64,000 bases of DNA, taken from positions 23,115 to 87,114 of the forward strand of contig CBFGPE010000004.1 of assembly GCA_965650625.1 (NCBI GenBank), written 5' to 3'. The notes under the pieces were generated by a model, which saw nothing but the letters and a program-made list of their open reading frames with translations, did not search any database and was not told where the DNA came from. How positions within the stretch are numbered: the first letter of the stretch is position 1; each line of letters opens with the position of its first letter. A program made the translations under genes and the position numbers. The DNA comes from an uncultured Azospirillum sp. (GTDB lineage: Bacteria > Pseudomonadota > Alphaproteobacteria > Azospirillales > Azospirillaceae). Shown here in pieces: positions 46,235 through 55,990 of this stretch.

Positions 46235-49200
46235 CCGATCCCATCATGCCGGCTGCGGGCCTGCCCGATCCCGTCACCCTCTTCTGCTGCCTGGCCCCGC
46301 CCGACTATTACCGCCGGCCGCTGTTCTCCGACCGGGAGGTGTTCTGCGGTCCCGACTGCCCGACGGTGGAGACGGGCGACGGCTTCTCCTCGCTGAACAC
46401 GCCGCACGGCGAGTACGACTTGGCGGCGGTCGTCGCCCGGCTGCCGGCGCACCAGCGGCCGGAGCTGATCGTGGTGAAGGCCGACGCCACCCGGCGCAAC
46501 CTTCCGCGCGGGCTGGACCGGCTGCCCGGAACCAAGGTTCTGCTGGTCGGCGACAGCCATCATCTCGCCGGTCCGCTGCGCACGCTGCTGGCCTATGGCG
46601 CGATGGAGAGCTTCGACGCGGTGATGCTCGACCACACCCGCCAGCATGCCCACGTCTTCCTGGAGGCGGGGTTCGAGCGGGTCTATTGGATCCCGGCGGT
46701 CGATTATGCGCTGCGCCGGCGCGACATCCTGGCGGAGCCTCCGGCTGAGTTCAGGTTCGACCTCACCTTCGTCGGGCAGATCGGCGCCTTCCACCCCTGG
46801 CGGCGCCATGTGCTGGACCGGCTGAGCGCGGCGGGGCTGCCGCTGGTGGGCATGCGGGCCGAGCCGGAGAGGGCGGCCGACGTCTATGCCGCCTCGCGCG
46901 TCACGCTGAACTGCTCGCTGAACGGCGACCTCAACCTGCGCGTCTTCGAGGCGCTGGGGGCCGGCGGCTTCCTGCTGACCGATGCGCTGTCGCCGGACGC
47001 CGGGCTGGAGCGCTGCTTCACCCCCGGCCGCCATCTCGTGACATACCGCTCGCCGGACGAGCTGGTGGAGCTGGCGCGCCATTATCTCGACCACCCGGAC
47101 GAGGCGATGGCGATCCGTCGGGCCGGACAGGCGCATCTGCTGGAGTTCCACAGTCCGCAGGTCAAGCGCGCCCAGTTCTTCGCAGCCGTGTTCGACGACC
47201 GCGTCGACCCGGCGCTGGAGCTGCGCTCCGAACGGCGTGGCCTGAGGGCGCTGCCGGCGCGGGGCATAGGGTTCCAGCGTCGCCTCGCCGCCTACGAGGC
47301 GCTGCAGCTGCTGCAGCTGACGGCGTCGCGGCTGACCGTGCATACCGGCGCGGGGCAGGGCACCGGTGGGGGCACGGATGAAGACGGCTTCGCCGCCGAC
47401 CTGCGCGCCATGGTCCGCGACCTGCCCCGCGTGACCTTCGCGGCTGCGGACGGGATGCCAGAACCGGTGGCCCTGCCGCTGCAGCCGTCCGCCGACCGGG
47501 TGCGGAATGAGGCGGTGATGCTGCTGCCCTGGCCCGACCGGGCGGAGACCGACCGGCGGATGGTCCGGCTGCCCGGCGCCTCCGTCCTCTGTCCAACCCT
47601 GTCGTCGCGCGACCATGCCGCGGCGGCCGCCCATCTGGCCGACTGGGGCTTCGTGCCGACCGAGCCCGGCGGCATCCTGTTCCAGTGCGCCGACGCCCTG
47701 CGCTATGCCGCCCGCTCGCTGTCCGATCCGGTCCTTGCGGCGGGGCTGACGCCCGACCTCAAGCGCGCGCGCCTCGCGGCGCTGGAGCCGCTGCTGTGGA
47801 CCGCCGACCAGATGATGGGGGTGGCCCAGCTCGCCAACCGCCTGGGCAACGGCGCCCTGACGGAGCGCTTCCTGCTGCGCTGCGCCGCGCTGGACCGCCA
47901 GCAGCCGGACGCGCTCGTCGGGCTGGCCCGCCTGTGCGCGGCGGGCGGGCGGCGGGCGGAGGCCGCCGTCTATCTTGCCGAGGCCCGGCGGGCCGCCCGG
48001 CTTGCCGATCTGCCGGATCCGGCTCCCGACCTGGGCGCCGATGCGCTTTCCGACGCGGCCGACCATCCGGCTCTGGAGCGCTACCGCGTGCTGTTCCGGC
48101 AGGCGACGGTTCCCTCGACCGGGCGGCCCCGCCGCATCCTGGTGGTCACCAACCTGTTCCCGCCGCAGGAGTTCGGCGGCTATGGCCGCAAGCTGTGGGA
48201 GTTCTCGGCCGAGCTGATCCGCCGCGGCCATACGGTGAAGGTGCTGACCGCCGACGTGCCCGAACTCGCCCGGCCGGGCATGGCCGGGACCGAGGACATC
48301 GAGGCGCATGTCGAGCGTTCGCTGACCCTCTACGGCTATTGGAAGGACGGGCGCGCCTTCACCCACGACGACCGGACCCATTGCGCCACCCTGATCCGCG
48401 CCAACATCCGCCGGGTGCTGGAGGCCGCCCGCGACTTCGGTGCCGACGCCTGTCTGGTCGGCAACCTCGACATGCTGGCGACCGAGTTCCTCGACCCGCT
48501 GACCCGGCAGATGGGCGTGCCGGTGCTGCATTGCCTGGGCAACCAGCATCCCGGCTACGCGCCGGAGGCGGCACCCCGCTCCCCGCTCTACCGCGCCGGG
48601 CCGGCCAGCGGCTGGGTGGCGGAGCGGCTGGCGGCCGGCGGCTATGGCCTGTCCGCCACGGTGATCCATCCCGGCGCCCGCGTCGATTATTTCCACCGCG
48701 CGGTGATGCCGGCGACCGACCGGCTGCGCATCGCCTTCGCCAGCCTGTTCGTCAACTACAAGGGGCCGCAGACGCTGGTCAACGCGCTGGGGATCCTGCA
48801 CCGCGAGGGCATCGACTTCGACTGCACCTTCGCCGGGGAGGCGCCGGACACCGACCTCGCGGCCCGCTGCCGCGACTTCGTGGAGCGCAACGGCATGGCC
48901 GGCAAGGTGCGCTTCACCGGCTTCCTCGACCGCCGCGGCCTGTCCGACCTGTTCGCCCGCTGCAATGTCCTGGTCTTCCCCAGCGTTTTCCAGGAGCCCT
49001 TCGGCATCTCGCAGGTGGAGGCGATGGCCGCCGGCCTGACCGTGATCGGCAGCGGCACCGGTGGCAGCGGCGAGGTGCTGCGCGACGGCGTCGACGGCCT
49101 GTTGTTCAAGGCGGAAGACCACGAGGCGCTCGCCGACCGCCTGCGCCGTCTGGTCAAAGACCGCGCCGCCTGGCAGCGCATGGCCCTGTCTGGCCGCGAC

Positions 49201-49281
49201 CGCGCCCGCGACTTCACCGTCGCCCGCTCCGTCGACCGGATCGAGACGGTGTTCGAGGAACTGATCGCGCAGAAGGAATGA
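46231..49281 (+). CDS. Two-domain glycosyltransferase (CgeB/Glyco_trans_1_2 + GT4)
   Basis: YAASRVTLN...LNLRVFEA..AGGFLLTD, then ILVVTNLFPP...GG, YKG, and FPSVFQEPFGISQVEAMAAG. GTGA overlap. Confidence 0.85.
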   Translation: MTDPIMPAAGLPDPVTLFCCLAPPDYYRRPLFSDREVFCGPDCPTVETGDGFSSLNTPHGEYDLAAVVARLPAHQRPELIVVKADATRRNLPRGLDRLPGTKVLLVGDSHHLAGPLRTLLAYGAMESFDAVMLDHTRQHAHVFLEAGFERVYWIPAVDYALRRRDILAEPPAEFRFDLTFVGQIGAFHPWRRHVLDRLSAAGLPLVGMRAEPERAADVYAASRVTLNCSLNGDLNLRVFEALGAGGFLLTDALSPDAGLERCFTPGRHLVTYRSPDELVELARHYLDHPDEAMAIRRAGQAHLLEFHSPQVKRAQFFAAVFDDRVDPALELRSERRGLRALPARGIGFQRRLAAYEALQLLQLTASRLTVHTGAGQGTGGGTDEDGFAADLRAMVRDLPRVTFAAADGMPEPVALPLQPSADRVRNEAVMLLPWPDRAETDRRMVRLPGASVLCPTLSSRDHAAAAAHLADWGFVPTEPGGILFQCADALRYAARSLSDPVLAAGLTPDLKRARLAALEPLLWTADQMMGVAQLANRLGNGALTERFLLRCAALDRQQPDALVGLARLCAAGGRRAEAAVYLAEARRAARLADLPDPAPDLGADALSDAADHPALERYRVLFRQATVPSTGRPRRILVVTNLFPPQEFGGYGRKLWEFSAELIRRGHTVKVLTADVPELARPGMAGTEDIEAHVERSLTLYGYWKDGRAFTHDDRTHCATLIRANIRRVLEAARDFGADACLVGNLDMLATEFLDPLTRQMGVPVLHCLGNQHPGYAPEAAPRSPLYRAGPASGWVAERLAAGGYGLSATVIHPGARVDYFHRAVMPATDRLRIAFASLFVNYKGPQTLVNALGILHREGIDFDCTFAGEAPDTDLAARCRDFVERNGMAGKVRFTGFLDRRGLSDLFARCNVLVFPSVFQEPFGISQVEAMAAGLTVIGSGTGGSGEVLRDGVDGLLFKAEDHEALADRLRRLVKDRAAWQRMALSGRDRARDFTVARSVDRIETVFEELIAQKE

Positions 49282-49423
49282 GCGGAAGGAACCGCAGTCC
49301 GTCGCCCGCGGTCCATTGGCCGGTGAGAAAAAAGGTCCGAGTTCCCCTCCCCTTTCGATTGGGGGATGAAAGGTTGTAGAGTGGCGGAGCCGCAGCCCGC
49401 GGCGCGGATTCCTCCTTGCGGCC

Positions 49424-52400
49424 ATGACCACCATTCTCCCAGACCTGTCAGACGCTCCGGCCGGTGCCGTGCCCGCCTGTTCTTGCCTGCTGTGCAGTGC
49501 CGCCTGGAGTGCCGCCCCCATCGCCGCAAGTCCGGACCCGCAAGGCGCGCTGCCGCAGGGCGCCGCCTCGTCCACCGTCCAGGCCTTGCTGGCGATGGGG
49601 ACGCCGCGCTGGGGCAGCGGCGCGGTCGGCAGCGGGGCGACGGTCACCTACAGCTTCATGGAGCAGGCGCCGTCCTATGCCACCACCGCGGACGGGAGCG
49701 GCTTCGCGACGCTGTCCAGCGCCCAGCGCGACGCGGTGCGGCAGGCCTTCGCCGCCTGGAGTTCGGTCGCCAACATCTTCTTCGTCGAGACCTCCGACAG
49801 CGCCAACAGCGGGCAGGGCGGGTCGATCCGCATCGGCACCAACCGGCAAAGCTCCAGCGCCGCCTACGCCTATTATCCGACAGGCTCGCTCTATGACGGC
49901 GGCGGCGACATCTATCTCGCCAACAACGCCTCGACCAACACCAGCCCGACGCCGGGAAGCTACGGCTATCTGACCATCCTGCACGAGATCGGGCACGCCA
50001 TCGGGCTGAAGCATCCCGGCAACTACAACGCCACCGGCGGCGGGGGCGAGCCGCCCTACCTGTCCTCGACCGAGGACAATTACCGCTACACGCTCATGTC
50101 CTACAACCGGCACCCCAGCCTGGGCCTGAACGGGCTGGCGACGGGGCCGGCGCTGTACGACATCGCGGCGGCCCAGTACCTGTACGGCGCCAACACCGAC
50201 ACCCGCATCGGCGACGACCGCTATGCCTTCGCCAGCAACACCGTGGCTGTCAGCCAAGCCATCTGGGATGCCGGCGGCACCGATAGCATCGACGCCAGCG
50301 GGCAGGCGTCCGCCGTCACCATCGACCTGACGCCCGGTGCCTTCAGCTCCATCGGTCCCAACGGATCGGGCGGGCTGGCGGTGGGCAATGTGGCGATCGC
50401 CGCCGGCGTCACCATCGAGAACGCCATTGGCGGTGCCGGCAACGACATCCTGATCGGCAATTCCGCCAACAACCTGCTGATCGGCGGCGCCGGTGACGAC
50501 ACGCTGACCGGCGACGCGGGCGACGACACGCTGCAGGGCAACGGCGGCATCGACACCGCGGTCTACAACGGCAGCCGCTCCTCCTACACCGTTACCGTCA
50601 CGTCCGACGGCGCCACCATCTCCGGCGGCGGCGAGGGCACCGACACGCTGACCGACGTCGAATTCGCCCTGTTCGCCGACACCCGGATCAGCCTGACGCC
50701 CCCGGCGGTCACCGCCAAGGCCGGCCGGGTTTCCATCGGCTCCTCGATCACCATCGCCAGTCTGGTGACGGCGACCGATCCGGCCGGCGGCCTCGTCACC
50801 CAATATGAGCTGGTCGACAACACCAGCGGCGCCGGCTCCATCATGGTCGGCGGGGTGGCCCAGGCCACCGGCGCCGTGGTCTCGCTGAGTGCCGCCGCCT
50901 TCGCCGGCGTCACCTTCGCCGCCTCATCCCTGACCAGCCTCGACGAACTGTCGGTGCGCGCCTACAACGGCGTGGCCTGGAGCCGCTGGGTCGGCTTTAT
51001 CGTCTCCTCCCGCCCGGCCAACCGGCCGCCGTCCGTCCAGGGCGACAAGACCCTGACCGCCCTGGAAGCCGGGCCGGCCATCGCTCTCGGCATCGACCGG
51101 CCGAGCGACCCGGACGAAGGCGACAGCATGGCGGTGACGCTGACCCGGCTGCCGACCGCCGGCACGCTGCGGCTGGCCAACGGCACCGCCGTCACCGCCG
51201 GGATGACGCTCGGCACCGCCGATCTGGGCGGCCTCACCTATCAGGCCCCATCCGGGACCCCGTCGTCGCCGGGCTCCTTCGCCTACACCGTCACCGACAG
51301 TCAGGGCGCGGTCAGCGGCCAGACCGTGACCTTGCGGGTGACCCCGCTGGCCGAGACGATGGCCGGCTTCGACCCGCTGGCCTATCTCGCCTCCAATCCC
51401 GATCTCGCCGCCGCCTTCGGCAGCGACACCACGGCGGCCCGCGAGCATTACCTGCGCTTCGGCCGGGCGGAGGGCAGGGCGGTCGCAGCCTTCGATCCGC
51501 TCTCCTATCTGGCGGCCAATCCGGATCTGGTGGCCGCCTTCGGCTACGATCCTGCGGCGGCGAGCCGGCATTATCTGACCTTCGGCCGGCGGGAGGGGCG
51601 CTCGACCGGCAGCTTCGATCCGCTGGCCTATCTGGCGGCCAATCCCGACCTGTCCGCCGCCTTCGGCACCGACACCGTCGCCGCCACCCGCCATTACCTG
51701 ACCCTCGGGCAGCGGGAGGGGCGCAGCATCCGCTTCGACGCCTTCGGCTATCTGGTGTCGAACCAGGATCTGTCCGCCGCCTTTGGTCTGGATCCGACAG
51801 CGGCGACCCGCCACTACCTGACCATGGGCCGGCAGGAAGGGCGCAGCATCACCTTCGACAGCCTGGGCTATCTCGCCGCAAACCCCGATCTGGCCGCAAA
51901 CTTCGGCATCGACACCGCCAAGGCGGCCCGGCACTACCTATCCTACGGCCGGTCCGAAGGGCGCAGCAGCAGCTTCGACGCTCTCTCCTACCTAGCGGCG
52001 AACCGCGATCTGGCGGCCGCCTTCGGCAACGATTCCACACGGGCGGAGGAGCATTACATCCGCTTCGGCCGTCTGGAGAACCGCAGCACCAGCTTCAGCA
52101 CCCACGACTATCTGCTGGCCAACCCGGACCTGCTCAGCGTCTTCTCGGGCAACGAGCAGCAGGTGAAGCTCTATGTCGTGCTCTACGGCAACACACCGCG
52201 GCGCGACGATGCCGGTTTCGATGCCCTGAGCTATCTGGCTGCCAATCCGGATCTGGCAGCGCGCTTCGGCACCGACACCGCGGCGGCCACCACCTATTAC
52301 CAGTCCACCGGCCAGACGGAGGGGCGGCCGACCCGGTTCAACGCGCTCGCCTACCTGATGGCCAACCCCGACCTCAGTGCCGCCTTCGGCAGCGACCAGC

Positions 52401-52531
52401 AGAAGGCGCTGATCCACTTCATCCAGTATGGCCGCAACGAATCCCGCCCCAACCCGATCGGCTATGTCCGCCCGTCCGCGGCCGGGCTCGCCATGGCGAA
52501 TGATGGGATGCTGGCGGCCGGTGTGGGGTGA
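49424..52531 (+). CDS. Serralysin-like M10 zinc metalloprotease with RTX repeats, Ig/cadherin-like domain and nine C-terminal ~40-aa repeats
   Basis: HEIGHAIGLKHP zinc motif, Met-turn TLMSY, IWDAGGTDSID, GGAGND/GGAGDD/GDAGDD nonamers, and DPDEGD. No signal peptide seen. Confidence 0.9.
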   Translation: MTTILPDLSDAPAGAVPACSCLLCSAAWSAAPIAASPDPQGALPQGAASSTVQALLAMGTPRWGSGAVGSGATVTYSFMEQAPSYATTADGSGFATLSSAQRDAVRQAFAAWSSVANIFFVETSDSANSGQGGSIRIGTNRQSSSAAYAYYPTGSLYDGGGDIYLANNASTNTSPTPGSYGYLTILHEIGHAIGLKHPGNYNATGGGGEPPYLSSTEDNYRYTLMSYNRHPSLGLNGLATGPALYDIAAAQYLYGANTDTRIGDDRYAFASNTVAVSQAIWDAGGTDSIDASGQASAVTIDLTPGAFSSIGPNGSGGLAVGNVAIAAGVTIENAIGGAGNDILIGNSANNLLIGGAGDDTLTGDAGDDTLQGNGGIDTAVYNGSRSSYTVTVTSDGATISGGGEGTDTLTDVEFALFADTRISLTPPAVTAKAGRVSIGSSITIASLVTATDPAGGLVTQYELVDNTSGAGSIMVGGVAQATGAVVSLSAAAFAGVTFAASSLTSLDELSVRAYNGVAWSRWVGFIVSSRPANRPPSVQGDKTLTALEAGPAIALGIDRPSDPDEGDSMAVTLTRLPTAGTLRLANGTAVTAGMTLGTADLGGLTYQAPSGTPSSPGSFAYTVTDSQGAVSGQTVTLRVTPLAETMAGFDPLAYLASNPDLAAAFGSDTTAAREHYLRFGRAEGRAVAAFDPLSYLAANPDLVAAFGYDPAAASRHYLTFGRREGRSTGSFDPLAYLAANPDLSAAFGTDTVAATRHYLTLGQREGRSIRFDAFGYLVSNQDLSAAFGLDPTAATRHYLTMGRQEGRSITFDSLGYLAANPDLAANFGIDTAKAARHYLSYGRSEGRSSSFDALSYLAANRDLAAAFGNDSTRAEEHYIRFGRLENRSTSFSTHDYLLANPDLLSVFSGNEQQVKLYVVLYGNTPRRDDAGFDALSYLAANPDLAARFGTDTAAATTYYQSTGQTEGRPTRFNALAYLMANPDLSAAFGSDQQKALIHFIQYGRNESRPNPIGYVRPSAAGLAMANDGMLAAGVG
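51364..52450 (+). repeat. Nine tandem 40-41-aa coding repeats, consensus FDxLxYLAANPDLxAAFGxDxxxAxxHYxxxGxxEGR
   Basis: Counted in the translation; about 120-123-bp periodicity. Confidence 0.9.
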
Positions 52532-52717
52532 TCCCGAAGTCTCACGCCTCCCGGCCGATCAGCCCCACGCCTGCGCGATCCGATGCATCGCATCAATCGC
52601 GCAACCACCGGGCGGACGGCCGGTGTCACGGGCGCGGTCTTATCGAGACCCGTCAAGGAAGGAACCGATTGTGAATTGTCCGCATCGGCCTGCGGATCGC
52701 CTGTGAAGGAAGCGCGA

Positions 52718-53449
52718 ATGTGGAGCAAGGGGGCATGGAAGCGGGCGGTGCGTGCGATGCCGGGAGCCGCCCATCTGATCCCCCTTTACCGCTTCGCCAA
52801 GGGGACGGACGCGCGCTACGCCAACCTGTGGCGGCGAGCGGTGCCCGGCCTGTTCCAGCCGTTCGCGACGACGCAGATGGACCGCTATCCCACCCTGTTC
52901 CGGTTCGCCCTGGCCACTCTGGGGGATGATCCTTCCACACGCCTGCTTTCCTTCGGCTGCTCGACAGGGGAGGAGGTGTTCAGCCTCCGCCGCTATTTCT
53001 CCCAAGCCGTCATCCGGGGAATCGACATCAACCCCCGCAACATCGCGCGCTGTCGGGCCAGTCTGTCGCGTCTGGCAGACGACCGGTTGTCCTTTACCGT
53101 CGCCGCCTCTGCCGCCGGGGAAGAGGCGGGCAGCTATGATGCGGTTTTCGCGATGGCTGTTTTCCGGCATGGGGAGTTGGGCGACTTTCCCCCGCTATGC
53201 AGCCATCTGCTCCGTTTCGACGCCTTCGAACAGGCGCTGACAGAGTTGGCGATCTGCCTGAAGCCCGGTGGCCTGCTGTTCTTGCGCCATGCCAACCACC
53301 GCTTCACGGATACAAGGCTGGCCGACAGTTTCGACCTGCTGCTGGAGGCGCCAAAAAATTCCACGACCCCGATCTATGGCAGGGATGAAAGGCTGCTGGC
53401 GCCACAACCCGTTCTCGAAGGCGTGGCATTCCGCAAGCGGGTGTCCTGA
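52718..53449 (+). CDS. SAM methyltransferase with CheR-like GCSTGEE motif
   Basis: RLLSFGCSTGEE, GIDIN, and LKPGG. Confidence 0.8.
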   Translation: MWSKGAWKRAVRAMPGAAHLIPLYRFAKGTDARYANLWRRAVPGLFQPFATTQMDRYPTLFRFALATLGDDPSTRLLSFGCSTGEEVFSLRRYFSQAVIRGIDINPRNIARCRASLSRLADDRLSFTVAASAAGEEAGSYDAVFAMAVFRHGELGDFPPLCSHLLRFDAFEQALTELAICLKPGGLLFLRHANHRFTDTRLADSFDLLLEAPKNSTTPIYGRDERLLAPQPVLEGVAFRKRVS

Positions 53450-53458
53450 AGCGACGGG

Positions 53459-54103
53459 TCAGTCGCGTGCCCGGTAATGGGCGAGCAGGCGGGGGCACAG
53501 CTTTTCCAGCCGGGCCTCCACCTCCGCGTCGCGGGGCTTGTCGCGAAAGCGTTCGGACACCTCGGTGCCCCGGACATTGCCGAACACGAACTCGAAATGC
53601 TCCATCAGGCCGGGGGTCAGCCGCCACAGCGCCTCCAGCATCTCGTTGTGGCGGCGGCGGTAGTTGTAGAAGTCCTCCTCCACCGGCCAGCCCAGCCCCC
53701 GCATTGTCTCCAGCACCGCCGGATCGCGCACGACGAAATCCTCGTACCGGATCACGGCGTCGAAGCGCTCCCGCTCGGCGAAGATCTGGTCGAGGATGAG
53801 GAACTTCTCGTCGATCAGCCCCGAATAGTTCCGGTAGTTCTTGGTCCGCAGGCTGATGTAGTTGTCGCGGGGGTCGCGCAGCAGCAGGACGATCCGGTGG
53901 GGCCGGAACCGTTCCATATGGACGGGCAGCGGGTAGGCGGTGGTCACCACCACCTTGGCCACCGTGTCCACCGAGGTGTCTAGGCGCGGGGCAGCGAAAT
54001 TATTGGGAATATCGACCAGCGCCAGGCAGTCGGGGCGCTGCGCCAGGAACAACGTGAAGGCGGTCGCCCCGCTGGACTGCATGCCGTAGACAAGAATCCT
54101 CAT
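53459..54103 (-). CDS. Sulfotransferase-like protein
   Basis: YGMQSSGAT loop, LRDPRD..IS, and IRYEDF. Confidence 0.7.
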   Translation of the reverse strand: MRILVYGMQSSGATAFTLFLAQRPDCLALVDIPNNFAAPRLDTSVDTVAKVVVTTAYPLPVHMERFRPHRIVLLLRDPRDNYISLRTKNYRNYSGLIDEKFLILDQIFAERERFDAVIRYEDFVVRDPAVLETMRGLGWPVEEDFYNYRRRHNEMLEALWRLTPGLMEHFEFVFGNVRGTEVSERFRDKPRDAEVEARLEKLCPRLLAHYRARD

Positions 54104-54119
54104 GTCGTTCGCTCCCGGT

Positions 54120-54911
54120 TCAGGCCGCGGCCACGGTCTTCGCCGCGGGTGGCACCAGCCATTCCCGCTCGATCTCGGCGCTGACGAAGACGTAGCGGCG
54201 GGTGTGCGGGGTGGGGTGGCGGATACCGACCCCGTGGATCGCGTCGATCCCCTGCGGGAAGATCACCATCTGGTTGGCGCGGTAGGGGACGACGGCGGCC
54301 ACCTCCACCGACTCGGCGGGCAGGGCATAGTTCGCGATGTCGGCGACCGGGCCGTTCTTCCAGCGGAACAGCTCCAGATCACCGCCCACCGCGTCGTCGT
54401 CGGGGTGGCGCAGGTAGTACAGGCAGGTGAACAGCCGGTTCGGCATGTCGAGGTGCGGTCCCCGCGAGGTGGAGGGGCCGGCGGTGACTGGCGTGTTGAT
54501 CTCCATCCTGGCCTCCTGAAGGATGCGCGCGCGGTCGAAGCCATCGCGCATCAGCAGCCCCATCGGATGGCCCAGCAGGTCGCCGTCCAGCGCCTCCTTC
54601 ATCGCTGCCGGCCAATGGTCGCGGAACAGCGCCACCACCTCGGCGAAGAAGGCGGGCGAGGTGTGGTAGGCGACGAAATCCTTCCACACCGGCGGCAGCT
54701 CGGTGTGGTTCATGATCTGCCAAGCCGAGAGCTGGTAGCGCCGGTTGCTGCCCGGCGGCTTCGAGCCGGCCCAGCCGATGACCGGGAAGGGCGGATAGCC
54801 CTCGTTCAAGGCGCGGTAGGTATCCCCGTCCAGCACGTCCGGCACGACCAGATGAGGAAAGGGATCGAGGCGGATGTCGAACGGGGTCAGGCCGGAAAGC
54901 AGGGACCGCAT
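54120..54911 (-). CDS. 2OG-Fe(II) oxygenase-like protein
   Basis: PFPHLVVPD, HxD (PHLD), LYY, GGDLEL, NQMVIF, HGV, and RRYV. Confidence 0.8.
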   Translation of the reverse strand: MRSLLSGLTPFDIRLDPFPHLVVPDVLDGDTYRALNEGYPPFPVIGWAGSKPPGSNRRYQLSAWQIMNHTELPPVWKDFVAYHTSPAFFAEVVALFRDHWPAAMKEALDGDLLGHPMGLLMRDGFDRARILQEARMEINTPVTAGPSTSRGPHLDMPNRLFTCLYYLRHPDDDAVGGDLELFRWKNGPVADIANYALPAESVEVAAVVPYRANQMVIFPQGIDAIHGVGIRHPTPHTRRYVFVSAEIEREWLVPPAAKTVAAA

Positions 54912-55192
54912 GCTTGATGTCCTGGTCGGTGGGCGGTTCGGTGGGGGCGATTCGGTAGAGGCGGCCCGGTGGGCGCCACGCTACCATCCAGCGGAAGGCC
55001 GGGGAATACAAGTCACATTGATAGAGATTGTCCCCGCTCCGTCAACCTGCGGAACGTGCAAGGGTACATTGCCGGCGATTGAAGAAATCGGCTAAGATTT
55101 CCCGGATGAGGATCTCCGGTTCCGGCTGCCGCGGCGCGTTTCGACCGGGATCGGCCGATGGATACCAACGCACCGATGAGCGCACCGCACCG

Positions 55193-55810
55193 ATGAACGC
55201 CTTCCAAGCGCCGGCACCCTACCGCATCGTCCGCAACTTCCTGGGCGACGAGCTGATCGAGCGGCTGCTGGCCCATGCCCTGGCCAGCCGGGAGGACTTC
55301 GCTCCGACGCGGGTTGGCGGCAAAACGGGGCGCGAGGATCGGGAAATCCGCATCTCCCTGGTGCTGCGCAAGCTCGGACCGCTGAAAGACGAGCTCAAGG
55401 CCCGGTTTCGGGCAATGGCCGACTGGTCGGTCGGGGAATTCCGCCTGTCGCCCTTCGATCTCGACTCGATGGAGATCGAGCTGGTCGCCCACGGCGACGG
55501 CGCCTTCTACGCGCGGCACATCGACACCGCGACGGGGGATCCCGAGCTCGCCAGCGACCGCGTCCTCACCGGCGTTCTCTACTTCCACGCGCTGCCCAGG
55601 CGTTTCAGCGGCGGCGAACTGCGCATGCATTCGATCCTGCCACCGGAGCACGGCGGCCGGCATGAGGACATCGAGATGGAGCGGGACATGCTGCTGCTAT
55701 TCCCGTCCTGGGCGCCGCACGAGGTCCGGCCGGTCTCCTGCCCCTCCGGCGACTTCGCCGACCACCGCTTCGCCATCAATTGCTGGTACCGGAAGCGGCG
55801 CGCCGCATGA
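55193..55810 (+). CDS. 2OG-Fe(II) oxygenase (prolyl-hydroxylase-like)
   Basis: YARHID, VLYF, GGELR, FPSWAPHEV, and RFAINCW. Confidence 0.85.
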   Translation: MNAFQAPAPYRIVRNFLGDELIERLLAHALASREDFAPTRVGGKTGREDREIRISLVLRKLGPLKDELKARFRAMADWSVGEFRLSPFDLDSMEIELVAHGDGAFYARHIDTATGDPELASDRVLTGVLYFHALPRRFSGGELRMHSILPPEHGGRHEDIEMERDMLLLFPSWAPHEVRPVSCPSGDFADHRFAINCWYRKRRAA

Positions 55811-55944
55811 TCCCCAACCCCCTTGCCGACGCCCTGTTCCGCGGCTGCGAGCTGGTGCACGGGCGCCCCCTTCTGCCATCCGGCCAGGACAGCTGGGTGC
55901 TGCTGCACTATTTCGACGCCGACTTCGCGGGGCCGCTCGATTGA
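55807..55944 (+). pseudogene. 45-aa ORF, possibly a C-terminal fragment of a 2OG-Fe(II) oxygenase
   Basis: MIPNPLADALFRGCELVHGR...WVLLHYFDAD, with ATGA overlap. Resemblance to the oxygenase C-terminal GCE-x-x-H-x-R...LHY segment is from recall. Confidence 0.35.
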
Positions 55945-55990
55945 CGGAAGACTTGGTGTCGGCTTTCAACCACAGGGGAGACCGCGCCTC

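Noticed and set aside
46054-49647. Very long antisense ORFs (also 280..1605 +, 3451..4851 +, 12550..14886 -, 30925..32724 +, 32604..35153 +)
   Set aside because: They are shadows of real high-GC genes on the opposite strand, with no recognisable motifs.
51364-52450. CRISPR array
   Set aside because: The repeats are in-frame, degenerate at the DNA level and code for protein repeats. No cas genes are present.
52718-53449. Chemotaxis methyltransferase CheR
   Set aside because: Only the GCSTGEE motif matches. The CheR N-terminal domain and other che genes are absent.
55807-55944. 45-aa ORF just upstream of the cyclase as the lasso precursor
   Set aside because: It has no Thr and no (Y/W)xxP leader motif, and looks like an oxygenase fragment. 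60706-60873 fits far better.
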